Assembly: GCA_001774105.1 (NCBI GenBank)
Contig: MEYT01000042.1
Span: 1-53,701, forward strand
Length of the DNA stretch: 53,701 nucleotides
Direction of reading: 5' to 3'
Source of the DNA: Candidatus Azambacteria bacterium RIFCSPLOWO2_01_FULL_46_26
GTDB lineage: Bacteria; Patescibacteriota; Minisyncoccia; UBA9936
The notes beneath the pieces are model-generated. The model was not told where the DNA came from, made no database searches, and saw nothing but the letters and a program-made list of their open reading frames with translations. Of the stretch, positions 10,711-19,508 are shown piece by piece (positions within the stretch are counted from its first letter, which is position 1; each line of letters opens with the position of its first letter). Position numbers and translations under genes: made by a program.

Positions 10711-11292
10711 TTAGATAATTTCATCGGCCAGGCCGTAGTCAATCGCCTCTTTCGCGGTAAATATCTTTTCCGTCGCCATGTCTTTATAAATCGCGGCGAT
10801 CTTTTTTCCGGTCTTTTCGGTAAGCAGTTCGCATATCTCTTTTTCAAATTCCTGAAGCATTTCGTCCTCATACTTCAAATCGCCCCTGTCAAGAGAATCG
10901 CCGCCCGAAAAAGTGAATCTTGGGCGATGAAGCAGCAGTTTGGCGTGGCGAAACATTTTTCGCTCATGGCCGCCTTGAAGAATAATCAAAGCCGCGGAAA
11001 ACGCCTGTCCTGTCGCGACTGTGGTAATCTTAAAAGGATAACGGCCGGAAGTGAACATGTCGTAAATCGCTAAAGCCGAGGTCAGATTTCCTCCCTGGCT
11101 GTTAATGTAAACCGTTACGTCTGTGTCAGATTCGGACAAACGATTCAAACAATCTATCATTGCAAGATGAACCGCGGGCGTGATTTCGCCGAAAATGCAA
11201 ATCATCCTTGCCTCTAAATCGGCACGGACGATTGAATCAGCCGATATTTTCTCGCCGTCGCATTTCGTCCTCTTCTGCGGTTTATCGTTCAT
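10711..11292 (-). CDS. clpP: ATP-dependent Clp protease proteolytic subunit (S14 family)
   Basis: YINSQGGNLTSALAIYDMF, GQAFSAA (Ser) and LLLHRP (His) match the ClpP catalytic context, and the protein ends DYGLADEII. ATG 11292 lies 6 nt after AAGGAGG. No clpX is in the window. Confidence 0.85.
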   Translation of the reverse strand: MNDKPQKRTKCDGEKISADSIVRADLEARMICIFGEITPAVHLAMIDCLNRLSESDTDVTVYINSQGGNLTSALAIYDMFTSGRYPFKITTVATGQAFSAALIILQGGHERKMFRHAKLLLHRPRFTFSGGDSLDRGDLKYEDEMLQEFEKEICELLTEKTGKKIAAIYKDMATEKIFTAKEAIDYGLADEII

Positions 11293-11410
11293 CACTCACC
11301 TCCTTATGAAAATTGTTAAAGGCCAGTTGCTTTGATTCTAAAACGGACAAAGGGAGAAGTCAACAATATTTGAACATTTGCGGAATATGCGGTATATTTC
11401 AAGCCGTTCA

Positions 11411-11506
11411 CCCCGTTAGATATCCTTTACTCAATATATACGCATTAAATATCAAAACGGGAAAAATGGCCAGCCATGCAAGAATTATCAAAAATATCTA
11501 ACGGGG
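11411..11506. repeat. CCCCGTTAGATAT...ATATCTAACGGGG inverted repeat enclosing the uvrC start codon
   Basis: Perfect 13-nt arms lie at 11411-11423 and 11494-11506, 70 nt apart. The uvrC ATG (11476) lies in the loop, and the right arm encodes ISNGV. Confidence 0.85.
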
Positions 11507-12816
11507 TAAAAAAATTAACGACAAAGAAAAAAATACCGGCCTTGCCGGGAGTATATTTTTTCAAAGATTCCCGCGGAAAGATAATGTATATCGGCAAGGC
11601 GGCAAATCTCCGCTCAAGGATCGGCTCTTATTTCAACAAAAGCGCTTCTTTAAACGCGGTCAAGTCCGCCATGCTTGAAAAAGCCGCTGAAATTGACTGG
11701 CAAATTTACGATTCCGAAATTGAAGCGCTCGTTTTGGAGGCGCGGCTGATTAAACGGCACCGCCCGAAATATAATGTCTTAATGAAAGACGACAAAAATT
11801 ACTTTTTCGTCGGCGTTACGAAAGAAGAATGGCCGAGGGTTTTTATTACACATCAACCATTCGCCCGCGCTCAAAATTCACTCCCCGCTCACCACAAACT
11901 ACTCACTAAGTATGTTGGCCCGTTTACGGACGGAGGAGCGTTAAAAATGACGCTCAAACTTTTAAGAAAAAACTTTCCGTACAAAACTTGTAAAAATCCT
12001 GTTTCAAAACCTTGCTTTTATCATCACCTCTCGCTTTGTCCCGCTCACTCCTCCGATAAAAACGCCGGGAAGAAATATCTGAGCGATTTAAAAAATTTAA
12101 TTGCCGTTCTGAAAGGCGAAAAAAAATCGGTTCTGGTCAATTTAAAAAAGCGAATGAAAAACTTCGCCGCGCGAGAAGAATTTGAAAAAGCAGCCGACTT
12201 AAGAAACCAGCTGTTAAGTTTGGAAAATATTTTCAGTCATCGTCGGGTTGTTCTCGGCGCCGAAAATTTTACGGCCGAAAACAAAGAACAAAAAACCGAA
12301 AAACTGACGCAAGAACTGAAACAACTTTTCAATGCCGACATCAAGCAAATAGAATGTTATGATGTCTCAAACACTCAAGGTCAAAACGCAGTGGGCTCAA
12401 TGGTTATTTTTTCCGCTAAAGATGGAAACTTTAAACCAAAAAAGAGCGATTACAGAAAATTCAAAATCAAGACCGTCGTGAGAATTGACGATCCTGCGAT
12501 GATGGCGGAAATTCTGGAACGCCGCTTGAAACACGCCGAATGGCCATTACCTCAGCTTATCGTCCTTGATGGCGGTAAAGGACAATTAAGCGCGGGGCTG
12601 AAAATTCTTAAAAAACTTAAACTTTCCATACCTGTCTGCGCTCTCGCGAAAAAGGAGGAGGAATTATATTTGCCGGGACGGAAAAATCCCCTGCCTCTCA
12701 AATCCCTTTCATCCGAACTCGCCTTCCTTTTTCAAAGAATCCGCGACGAAGCCCACCGCTTCGCCGTTTCTTACCATCGCGCGCTCAGAAGCCGGGGGCT
12801 TGCCAAGTCGGGATAA
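11476..12816 (+). CDS. uvrC: Excinuclease ABC subunit C, short form without the C-terminal (HhH)2 domain
   Basis: 446 aa. It has GIY-YIG (PGVYFFKDSRGKIMYIGKAANLRSR), a UVR motif (REEFEKAADLRNQLLSLENI) and an RNase H-like endonuclease region (DVSNTQG...LDGGKGQL). It ends right after RDEAHRFAVSYHR. Confidence 0.9.
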   Translation: MQELSKISNGVKKLTTKKKIPALPGVYFFKDSRGKIMYIGKAANLRSRIGSYFNKSASLNAVKSAMLEKAAEIDWQIYDSEIEALVLEARLIKRHRPKYNVLMKDDKNYFFVGVTKEEWPRVFITHQPFARAQNSLPAHHKLLTKYVGPFTDGGALKMTLKLLRKNFPYKTCKNPVSKPCFYHHLSLCPAHSSDKNAGKKYLSDLKNLIAVLKGEKKSVLVNLKKRMKNFAAREEFEKAADLRNQLLSLENIFSHRRVVLGAENFTAENKEQKTEKLTQELKQLFNADIKQIECYDVSNTQGQNAVGSMVIFSAKDGNFKPKKSDYRKFKIKTVVRIDDPAMMAEILERRLKHAEWPLPQLIVLDGGKGQLSAGLKILKKLKLSIPVCALAKKEEELYLPGRKNPLPLKSLSSELAFLFQRIRDEAHRFAVSYHRALRSRGLAKSG

Positions 12817-12819
12817 GTC

Positions 12820-13188
12820 GTGCTATGCTTAAAATTAATGCTTGTCCGACTTGCCGCTCATATCATATCAAACGCCTTAGGAATCATAGCCGCCGGCTAT
12901 TTTGTTCCTGGTTTTATTTTCAGCGGCGATTATTGGGATATTCTCAAAGTCGCTCTGATTTTAGCGGCCGTTAATTTCGCCCTGAAGCCGCTTTTGAAGC
13001 TGGTTTCGGGTTTCTTCATTTTTATCACCCTCGGCTTCTTCAATATAGTCATCAACATGTTCCTTTTGTGGCTCGTTGATTACTATTCGGCCGAGCTTAC
13101 CATCCAAGGACTGACTCCGCTTTTTTGGAGCACTCTTATTTTAAGCGCCGTGAATATAATCATTTATTCTTCCGCTAAAAGAAAATAA
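12820..13188 (+). CDS. Phage holin family 4_2 / YvlD-like four-TM membrane protein
   Basis: The pattern VPGF..G.W..L..AL.L..VN...KPLL.L......ITLG.F..VIN...LWLV is typical of the YvlD family. ATG 12838 is an alternative start. Confidence 0.75.
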   Translation: MLCLKLMLVRLAAHIISNALGIIAAGYFVPGFIFSGDYWDILKVALILAAVNFALKPLLKLVSGFFIFITLGFFNIVINMFLLWLVDYYSAELTIQGLTPLFWSTLILSAVNIIIYSSAKRK

Positions 13189-13193
13189 ATAAC

Positions 13194-13409
13194 ATGCAAA
13201 CCTTATTATCCGTCATACAAATTGTTGTTTCCGTTCTTCTGATTGCCACGATTTTAATCCAACAGCGGGGAGAAGGACTCTCCTCCGTCTTTGGCGGCGG
13301 CGAAAGCATTTATCAGACCCGCCGGGGCATTGAAAAATGGCTTCATTACGCGACTATCGTTCTCGCGGTGTTATTTCTTGTTTCGGCTTTCGCCAATCTC
13401 GTTATTTAA
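13194..13409 (+). CDS. secG: Preprotein translocase subunit SecG
   Basis: 71 aa with two TM helices. LLIATILIQQRGEGLSSVFGGG is the SecG signature. Confidence 0.85.
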   Translation: MQTLLSVIQIVVSVLLIATILIQQRGEGLSSVFGGGESIYQTRRGIEKWLHYATIVLAVLFLVSAFANLVI

Positions 13410-13433
13410 TAATTTACAAAATTTATAACGGCC

Positions 13434-15194
13434 TTGTTTCACTTTCTTGAAAATACAATTTCTTTTTTCCGTTCAAAAATAACGGGAGAATGGCCGAGTT
13501 TAAAGCAATGGCGGCGCCTGCCTCATGTTCTAAACAAGAGCGAGCGGTTTTTCATCGTCATTTTCATTTTTCTCTTCGTCGCTTCCTCAATCGCCCTTAT
13601 CTATGGTTATTATCAAAGCAGAACGGTAGTTGTGCCGGCGGAAGGCGGGCAATACGCCGAAGGAATAGTCGGCCAACCGCGCTTCATCAATCCTATCCTG
13701 AGCCAGGCCAGCGACGCGGACCGCGATCTTGCCGAACTTATCTTTTCCGGACTTTTAAAATACGATTCCTCGGGAGAACTTAAACCGTTTTTAGCCGAAA
13801 GTTATAAAATAGAAGGCAATAAAGTTTATATTTTTTCGCTCAAACCGGGCGTAAAATGGCACGACAACGAAAATTTCTCGGCCGACGACGTAATTTTTAC
13901 GATCGGGCTGATTCAAAACCCGGATTACAAAAGCCCTTTGCGGCCGAATTGGCAGGGAGTTCAAGTTGAAAAAATTGACGATCTGACGGTAAAATTCACC
14001 CTGCCCGCGCCTTACGCTCCGTTTTTGGAAAATCTGACCGTCGGCATTCTGCCCAAGCATCTTTGGCAAAATATTTCCGCGTCGGCTTTTCCTCTGGCCG
14101 ATTACAATTTGCAGCCAATCGGCACCGGCCCTTTCCGGTTTAAAAACATCCAGAAAGACAAAATGGGTTCGGTAAATTCTTTGACTCTTGAAGTATGGCC
14201 TCAATATCACGGCCAAAAGCCGTATCTCGCGCAAATAATTTTTAAATTTTTTGACGGCGAAGACGAACTTTTGAACGCTTTTGAAAAAAGAGAGATTGAA
14301 GGGGTGAGCTTCGTGTCGGCAATAAACCTTGAACGAATAAACAAGTCGGGAGAGATCAACGTCTACTCTCTGAATCTTCCCAGATACTACGCCGTATTTT
14401 TCAATCAAACCAATTCAAAGCCGTTGGCCGACAGAAACGTCCGGCTGGCGCTCCAGTACGCGACGAACAAACAAGAGATTATTGAAAAAGTCCTTTTGGC
14501 CAAAGGAACGCCGGTTGATTCGCCGCTTCCCAAAGAACTTTTAAATCTCGCGCAGGACACCGCCAAAAAATACGATTTTTCAATTGAGAAAGCTAAAGAG
14601 ATTCTGGCCGCCGGCGGCTGGCGGGATTCAAACAACGACGGCGTTTTGGAAAAGGCGTTTGAGAATGAAAATACTCCGACGCCGCTTGAGATTAACATCG
14701 TCACGACGCAATGGCCGGAACTGGTACAGGCGGCTCAAATCATACAAGAACAGTGGCAAAAAATCGGCGCCAAAATCAATCTTGAAATTCTCGACATCGG
14801 CGAAATTCAGCAAAATAAAATAATTCCGAGAAATTATCAGGCGATCCTGTTCGGCGAAGTCCTGGGACTGATACCCGATCCGTTTTCTTTCTGGCACTCC
14901 TCTCAGAAAAAATATCCGGGGCTGAATTTGGCGCTTTACGACAACCGCGACGCCGACAAACTTTTGGAAGACGCGCGCCAGATTTTGGACGCGGAGGAAC
15001 GAGTAAAAAAATACGCGGAATTTCAAAAACTGGTGGTGAACGACGTTCCGGCCGTCTTCCTGTACAGCCCGTCCTATTTATACGCGGTCGGCAAAAAAAT
15101 CAAAGGCGTTGATATTAAAAACATAGCCACGCCGTCTCAAAGATTCAACGGCGTTGAAAACTGGCACATCCAAACCAAAAGGGGTTGGAAATAA
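13434..15194 (+). CDS. ABC transporter substrate-binding protein, family 5 (peptide/nickel type), N-terminally membrane-anchored
   Basis: 586 aa. It has an N-terminal TM helix followed by the typical OppA/DppA-like layout (NPIL...SD.D..L..LIFSGLLKYD, WHDN..F.ADDV.FT). TTG start. Confidence 0.8.
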   Translation: MFHFLENTISFFRSKITGEWPSLKQWRRLPHVLNKSERFFIVIFIFLFVASSIALIYGYYQSRTVVVPAEGGQYAEGIVGQPRFINPILSQASDADRDLAELIFSGLLKYDSSGELKPFLAESYKIEGNKVYIFSLKPGVKWHDNENFSADDVIFTIGLIQNPDYKSPLRPNWQGVQVEKIDDLTVKFTLPAPYAPFLENLTVGILPKHLWQNISASAFPLADYNLQPIGTGPFRFKNIQKDKMGSVNSLTLEVWPQYHGQKPYLAQIIFKFFDGEDELLNAFEKREIEGVSFVSAINLERINKSGEINVYSLNLPRYYAVFFNQTNSKPLADRNVRLALQYATNKQEIIEKVLLAKGTPVDSPLPKELLNLAQDTAKKYDFSIEKAKEILAAGGWRDSNNDGVLEKAFENENTPTPLEINIVTTQWPELVQAAQIIQEQWQKIGAKINLEILDIGEIQQNKIIPRNYQAILFGEVLGLIPDPFSFWHSSQKKYPGLNLALYDNRDADKLLEDARQILDAEERVKKYAEFQKLVVNDVPAVFLYSPSYLYAVGKKIKGVDIKNIATPSQRFNGVENWHIQTKRGWK

Positions 15195-15196
15195 AA

Positions 15197-16204
15197 ATGA
15201 GATTAGATACCACGAAATTAGACAAATCGAATATGCGCGGGGTGATCGTCAATTTCCCGAGTCAATTTAAATTCGGCATTGAAGCGGCCGGAACCATAAA
15301 ACTCAAAACCGGATTTGAAAAGATATTCGTCTGCGGCATGGGCGGTTCGGCTCTGGCCGGCCTTTTGGCCGGAACATGGCTCCGGCTTGAGAAAAAACAT
15401 TGTCCGATTCACGTCCTGCGTCAATATGATTTGCCGAAAATAGGCGGCAAAAAACCGTTAATCGTCTGCGTTTCCTATTCCGGCAACACGGAAGAAACTA
15501 TTTCAAATTATAAGCAGGCCTTAAAAAACAAATATCAAACCGTTTCAGTAAGCGTCGGCGGTAAATTAAAGGCGCTGTGCGAAAAAAACAAAACTCCGTT
15601 CATTGCCCTGCCTTCAGACGACATTCCGCCCCGTCTGGCGGTCGGCTATATATTCGGAGCGCTCGCGGCGATCCTTGAAAAAAGCGGTTTCGCGGAAAAT
15701 TTAAGTAAAAAGATTCTGACCGGCGCGGAAAAAATCAGGCCGATTGAATCGGAAAAATACGGCCGGACTCTGGCGGAAAAAATCAGCAAAAAAATTCCTA
15801 TAATTTATTCTTCTTCGGATTATCATTCACTGGCTTATAACTGGAAAATACAATTCAACGAAAACGCCAAAATTCCGGCTTTTTGCAATTTTTTTCCGGA
15901 ATTGAATCATAATGAAATGCTCGGCTTTAACTTTAAAGAATATGCCGACAAATTTCATATTTTAGTTTTGAAATCCGACAAGGAACACCCAAGAAACGCC
16001 AAGCGCGTGAATCTTACAGCCGAAATTCTGAAAAAAAACGGAGCCGCGCTTGATGTCGTGGCTCTCAAAGGCAAATCAAACTTTGAAAAAATTTTTAACG
16101 CCCTGATTCTCGGACACTGGACTTCTTATTATTTGGCTTTGCAAAAAGGCATTGATCCGGCGCCGATTGAAATGATTGAAGAATTTAAAAAGAAAATGGC
16201 CTGA
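15197..16204 (+). CDS. Bifunctional phosphoglucose/phosphomannose isomerase (SIS domain)
   Basis: GMGGSALAG and SYSGNTEET SIS motifs are present, and the C-terminal part matches bacterial PGI/PMI (NENAKIPAF...PELNHNE). ATG 15197 is preferred to the TTG at 15185. Confidence 0.8.
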   Translation: MRLDTTKLDKSNMRGVIVNFPSQFKFGIEAAGTIKLKTGFEKIFVCGMGGSALAGLLAGTWLRLEKKHCPIHVLRQYDLPKIGGKKPLIVCVSYSGNTEETISNYKQALKNKYQTVSVSVGGKLKALCEKNKTPFIALPSDDIPPRLAVGYIFGALAAILEKSGFAENLSKKILTGAEKIRPIESEKYGRTLAEKISKKIPIIYSSSDYHSLAYNWKIQFNENAKIPAFCNFFPELNHNEMLGFNFKEYADKFHILVLKSDKEHPRNAKRVNLTAEILKKNGAALDVVALKGKSNFEKIFNALILGHWTSYYLALQKGIDPAPIEMIEEFKKKMA

Positions 16205-16271
16205 TTTGATATAGATATATCACTCAGTTTATTATATAATAAAGTTTTACCTCAATAGACGCTTTATAATT

Positions 16272-16355
16272 GCCCAGGTGGTGGAATTGGCAGACACGCA
16301 GCGTTCAGGGCGCTGTGGGAGCAATCTCGTGGGAGTTCAAATCTCCCCCTGGGCA
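16272..16355 (+). tRNA. tRNA-Leu (anticodon CAG)
   Basis: Hand-folded cloverleaf. The acceptor GCCCAGG pairs with CCTGGGC, followed by discriminator A. The anticodon stem is CAGCG/CGCTG with loop TTCAGGG (CAG at 16306-16308). There is a long variable arm and a T arm GGGAG-TTCAAAT-CTCCC. CCA is not encoded. Confidence 0.93.
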
Positions 16356-16442
16356 CATAATTAAACAAATAACTGATAACTGACGGCTGACGACGCTGCG
16401 AATTATCGCGAGTCGTGAGTGGTAAGTTGTAAGTTAGTTTTT

Positions 16443-18374
16443 ATGACTCCATACAAACAACCTCAGAGACATTATCGCCGTTTTGAACGACGACCTGCCT
16501 CGCCGACGAGTCAAGGCGGGCCTGCCTCGCCAGCAAGCGGGAGTGCCCATTCGGCAAGCGGGCTAACGCACGCAGGCGGGCTTACCCGCCAACGGCCTCA
16601 ACCGCAGGCGATAATACGCAGGGATTTTCGTCCGTCCGGCTTGCCTCGCCAGCAGGCGGGCCTGCCCGCGCAGACAGGCCAAAAAATCGTCCGTCGCGAC
16701 TTGGATAAAACCCTCAGGATCATTCCTTTGGGGGGAGTTGAAGAAGTCGGACGCAACATGACCGTTGTCGAATACCAGGACGACATCATAATCATCGACA
16801 TGGGCTTGCAATTTCCGGAAGAGGACATGCCAGGCATTGATTACATCATTCCAAACGTCAAATATCTTCAGGGAAAAGAAAAAAACATCCGTGGAGTGAT
16901 AATCACCCACGCCCATTACGACCACATAGGCGCCATCCCTCATTTGATTCCCAAGCTCGGCAATCCCCCGATTTACAGCGCGGACCTGACTTTGGCGATC
17001 ATTCGCAAACGACTTGAAGAGTATAAAACCTATCCGATCAAACTGGAAGCTCATATTATAAACAAAGATTCCAAATTGAAATTGGGCGCTTTTAACGTTG
17101 AATTTTTCGGCGTCAGCCATAACGTCCCGGCCTCGTTCGGCGTCATCGTCCGCACGCCGGCGGGAATCGTCCTCCATACCGGAGATTTCAAAATTGACGA
17201 ACGCTCCCCGATCGCCGGAGTGACGGAATTGGACAAACTGAGCCGGATAAGCAGAGAAAAACCGCTCTTGCTGATGGCCGACAGCACCAACGCGCGCGAA
17301 ATAGGAAAACAAGCCAGCGAATTGGACATTATGACCGACATTGAAGAAATCGTCAAAAGCGCCAAAGGCCGCCTGATTTTCGGCACTTTTTCTTCCCTGC
17401 TCGGCCGATTGAACGAAATCATTCAGGTCGGAGCGCGGCACGGAAAAAAGATAATCATTGAAGGACGGAGCATGAAGATAAACGTTGAAATCGCGAAACA
17501 ACTGGGCTACATCACAATACCGAAAAATACCGTGATTCCGGTTGAAGAAATGAAGCGCTATCCCGACGACAAAATCATGGTTTTGGCGACCGGCGCTCAG
17601 GGCGAAGACAGGGCGGTTTTGATGAGAATCGCCAACCGCGAGCATCGCTTTATTGAGCCGGAACCCGGCGACACGTTCGTGTTTTCTTCCTCCGTCATTC
17701 CCGGAAATGAACGCACAGTCCAACGGCTGACGGACAAACTTTATCGGGAAGGAATAGAAGTTATTAACTATCGAATGATGGATATTCATGCCGGCGGCCA
17801 CGCGAAACAGGAAGATTTGAAAAAAATGATTGAGACGGTTCAGCCGAAATTCTTCATGCCGATTGAGGGAAATCATTCATTTTTGCGGATTCACGCCAAA
17901 GTCGCGAAAAGAGCCGGCTATGACGATAAAAACATTTTGGTCGCGGATAACGGGCAAGTCGTCGCTTGCAAAGACGGCGTCTGCGCGCTGACCAAGGAGC
18001 GGGTGCCGACCGACTATGTTTTCGTTGACGGACTCGGAGTCGGCGATGTCGGACAGGTCGTCATTCGCGACCGCCAGATGCTGGCGGAAGACGGCATTTT
18101 CGTCGTGATTGCCGTGGTTGATTCAAAAACCGGCAAGGTTAAAGGGAGTCCGGATATTATTTCACGCGGCTTTATCTATCTTCGCGAATCAAAAGATCTT
18201 CTCCAGCAGGTCAGGAAAAGAATAAGGGATATTGTTGACAGATCGGCCCCGCCGGGACAGGAAACCGTAAACTGGGCTTACGTCCGGGACAACATCAGGG
18301 AACAAATCGGGCAATTTTTGTATTCCAAAACCCAGCGCAGACCAATGGTTCTGCCGGTGGTTATAGAAGTATAA
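16443..18374 (+). CDS. rnj: Ribonuclease J (beta-CASP metallo-beta-lactamase) with a repeat-derived N-terminal extension
   Basis: LRIIPLGGVEEVGRNMTVVEY, the HAHYDH metal motif, and beta-CASP and C-terminal domains are present. The start is uncertain: ATG 16443 gives an ~86-aa Pro/Ala/Gly/Gln-rich extension, while in-frame TTG 16701 would remove it. Confidence 0.9.
   Translation: MTPYKQPQRHYRRFERRPASPTSQGGPASPASGSAHSASGLTHAGGLTRQRPQPQAIIRRDFRPSGLPRQQAGLPAQTGQKIVRRDLDKTLRIIPLGGVEEVGRNMTVVEYQDDIIIIDMGLQFPEEDMPGIDYIIPNVKYLQGKEKNIRGVIITHAHYDHIGAIPHLIPKLGNPPIYSADLTLAIIRKRLEEYKTYPIKLEAHIINKDSKLKLGAFNVEFFGVSHNVPASFGVIVRTPAGIVLHTGDFKIDERSPIAGVTELDKLSRISREKPLLLMADSTNAREIGKQASELDIMTDIEEIVKSAKGRLIFGTFSSLLGRLNEIIQVGARHGKKIIIEGRSMKINVEIAKQLGYITIPKNTVIPVEEMKRYPDDKIMVLATGAQGEDRAVLMRIANREHRFIEPEPGDTFVFSSSVIPGNERTVQRLTDKLYREGIEVINYRMMDIHAGGHAKQEDLKKMIETVQPKFFMPIEGNHSFLRIHAKVAKRAGYDDKNILVADNGQVVACKDGVCALTKERVPTDYVFVDGLGVGDVGQVVIRDRQMLAEDGIFVVIAVVDSKTGKVKGSPDIISRGFIYLRESKDLLQQVRKRIRDIVDRSAPPGQETVNWAYVRDNIREQIGQFLYSKTQRRPMVLPVVIEV
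16480..16690 (+). repeat. GC-rich short-palindrome repeats forming the 5' extension of rnj
   Basis: CCTGCCTCGCC occurs twice and the one-mismatch variant CTTGCCTCGCC once. The near-identical 20-mers CTGCCTCGCCAGCAAGCGGG and TTGCCTCGCCAGCAGGCGGG are present, along with the palindromes GGCGGGcttaCCCGCC and GCGGGCctGCCCGC. Confidence 0.8.
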
Positions 18375-18460
18375 GAAATGCCACGGCATTTCTTGAATTT
18401 CCGTCGCTCGGCCATCACGAAAATAAATTTTCGCGTGGCCTCGTTAGGAAATATAACACT

Positions 18461-19441
18461 ATGCGCGTTCTCTCAGGCGTACAACCAAGCGGCGCCCTTC
18501 ACATAGGAAATTATCTGGCCGCGATTAAACAATGGATTCCGCTCCAGGAAAAACACGAGTGCTTATTTTTTATCGTTGACTTGCATGCCGTCACCGTCCC
18601 CTACAAACCCCAAGACCTCAGGCAGAACGTCTGGAACGCGGCGCTTGACTATCTCGCTTTGGGGCTTGATCCGGCCAAAAGCACGATTTTCATCCAATCC
18701 CACGTCCATCAGCACGCGGAACTCGCCTGGCTTTTGGAAACAATAACGCCTCTCGGCGAACTTGAACGGATGACGCAATTCAAAGAAAAATCCAAGCACC
18801 GGCAAAAAGCGAACGTCGGACTCGGACTTTTCGCCTACCCGGCGCTTATGGCGGCCGATATTCTTTTATATAAAACCGAACTCATGCCGGTCGGCGAAGA
18901 TCAGCTTCAGCACGTGGAACTGGCGAGAACACTGGCCAGAAAATTCAATCATCTTTTCGGCAGGACGTTTCCCGAACCGAAATCGCAAGTCGCGAAAATC
19001 GGCGCCAGAATAATGTCGCTGGCCGATCCGACAAAAAAAATGAGCAAGTCGCTTGGACCCGCCCATTTTCTCGCTATTTTTGAACCGGAAGAAGACATCC
19101 GTCAAAAAATCAAAAGCGCGGTTACGGACTCGGGAAAAGAAATAGTTTACGACGTCAAGAAAAAACCGGCAATTTCCAATCTTTTGACGATTTATTCTCT
19201 TTGCGCCGACAAACCGATAAGCGAAATAGAAAAACAATATCAAGGCAAGGGCTACGCTGGGTTTAAATCGGATTTGGCCGAAGTCGTCATTGAAACATTC
19301 CGTCCTTTCCGCAGAAAACGGGAGGAACTGCTCCAAAACATCACCGAAGTCAGAAACATTCTTAGCCGGGGCGCGGAAACGGCGCGAAGCATTGCCGAAA
19401 AAACAATGAAAGAGGTTAAGGAAAAAATGGGGCTCTTATAG
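18461..19441 (+). CDS. trpS: Tryptophan--tRNA ligase
   Basis: 326 aa. Contains SGVQPSGALHIGNYL (HIGH-type) and KMSKS. Confidence 0.95.
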   Translation: MRVLSGVQPSGALHIGNYLAAIKQWIPLQEKHECLFFIVDLHAVTVPYKPQDLRQNVWNAALDYLALGLDPAKSTIFIQSHVHQHAELAWLLETITPLGELERMTQFKEKSKHRQKANVGLGLFAYPALMAADILLYKTELMPVGEDQLQHVELARTLARKFNHLFGRTFPEPKSQVAKIGARIMSLADPTKKMSKSLGPAHFLAIFEPEEDIRQKIKSAVTDSGKEIVYDVKKKPAISNLLTIYSLCADKPISEIEKQYQGKGYAGFKSDLAEVVIETFRPFRRKREELLQNITEVRNILSRGAETARSIAEKTMKEVKEKMGLL

Positions 19442-19467
19442 CAAAAGGTCATCTCCGAACCCCAATT

Positions 19468-19496
19468 GAAAAACCGGTCATTTTGACCGGTTTTTT
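19468..19496. terminator. Bidirectional terminator shared by trpS and the convergent small ORF
   Basis: GAAAAACCGGTC-atttt-GACCGGTTTTTT. Confidence 0.85.
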
Positions 19497-19508
19497 AAAA
19501 TTTAATTT

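Noticed and set aside
16563-17876. Long (437 aa) minus-strand ORF
   Set aside because: It lies completely antisense to the RNase J gene, whose beta-lactamase/beta-CASP motifs are unambiguous. Its translation is Phe/Asn/Arg-rich with no motifs.
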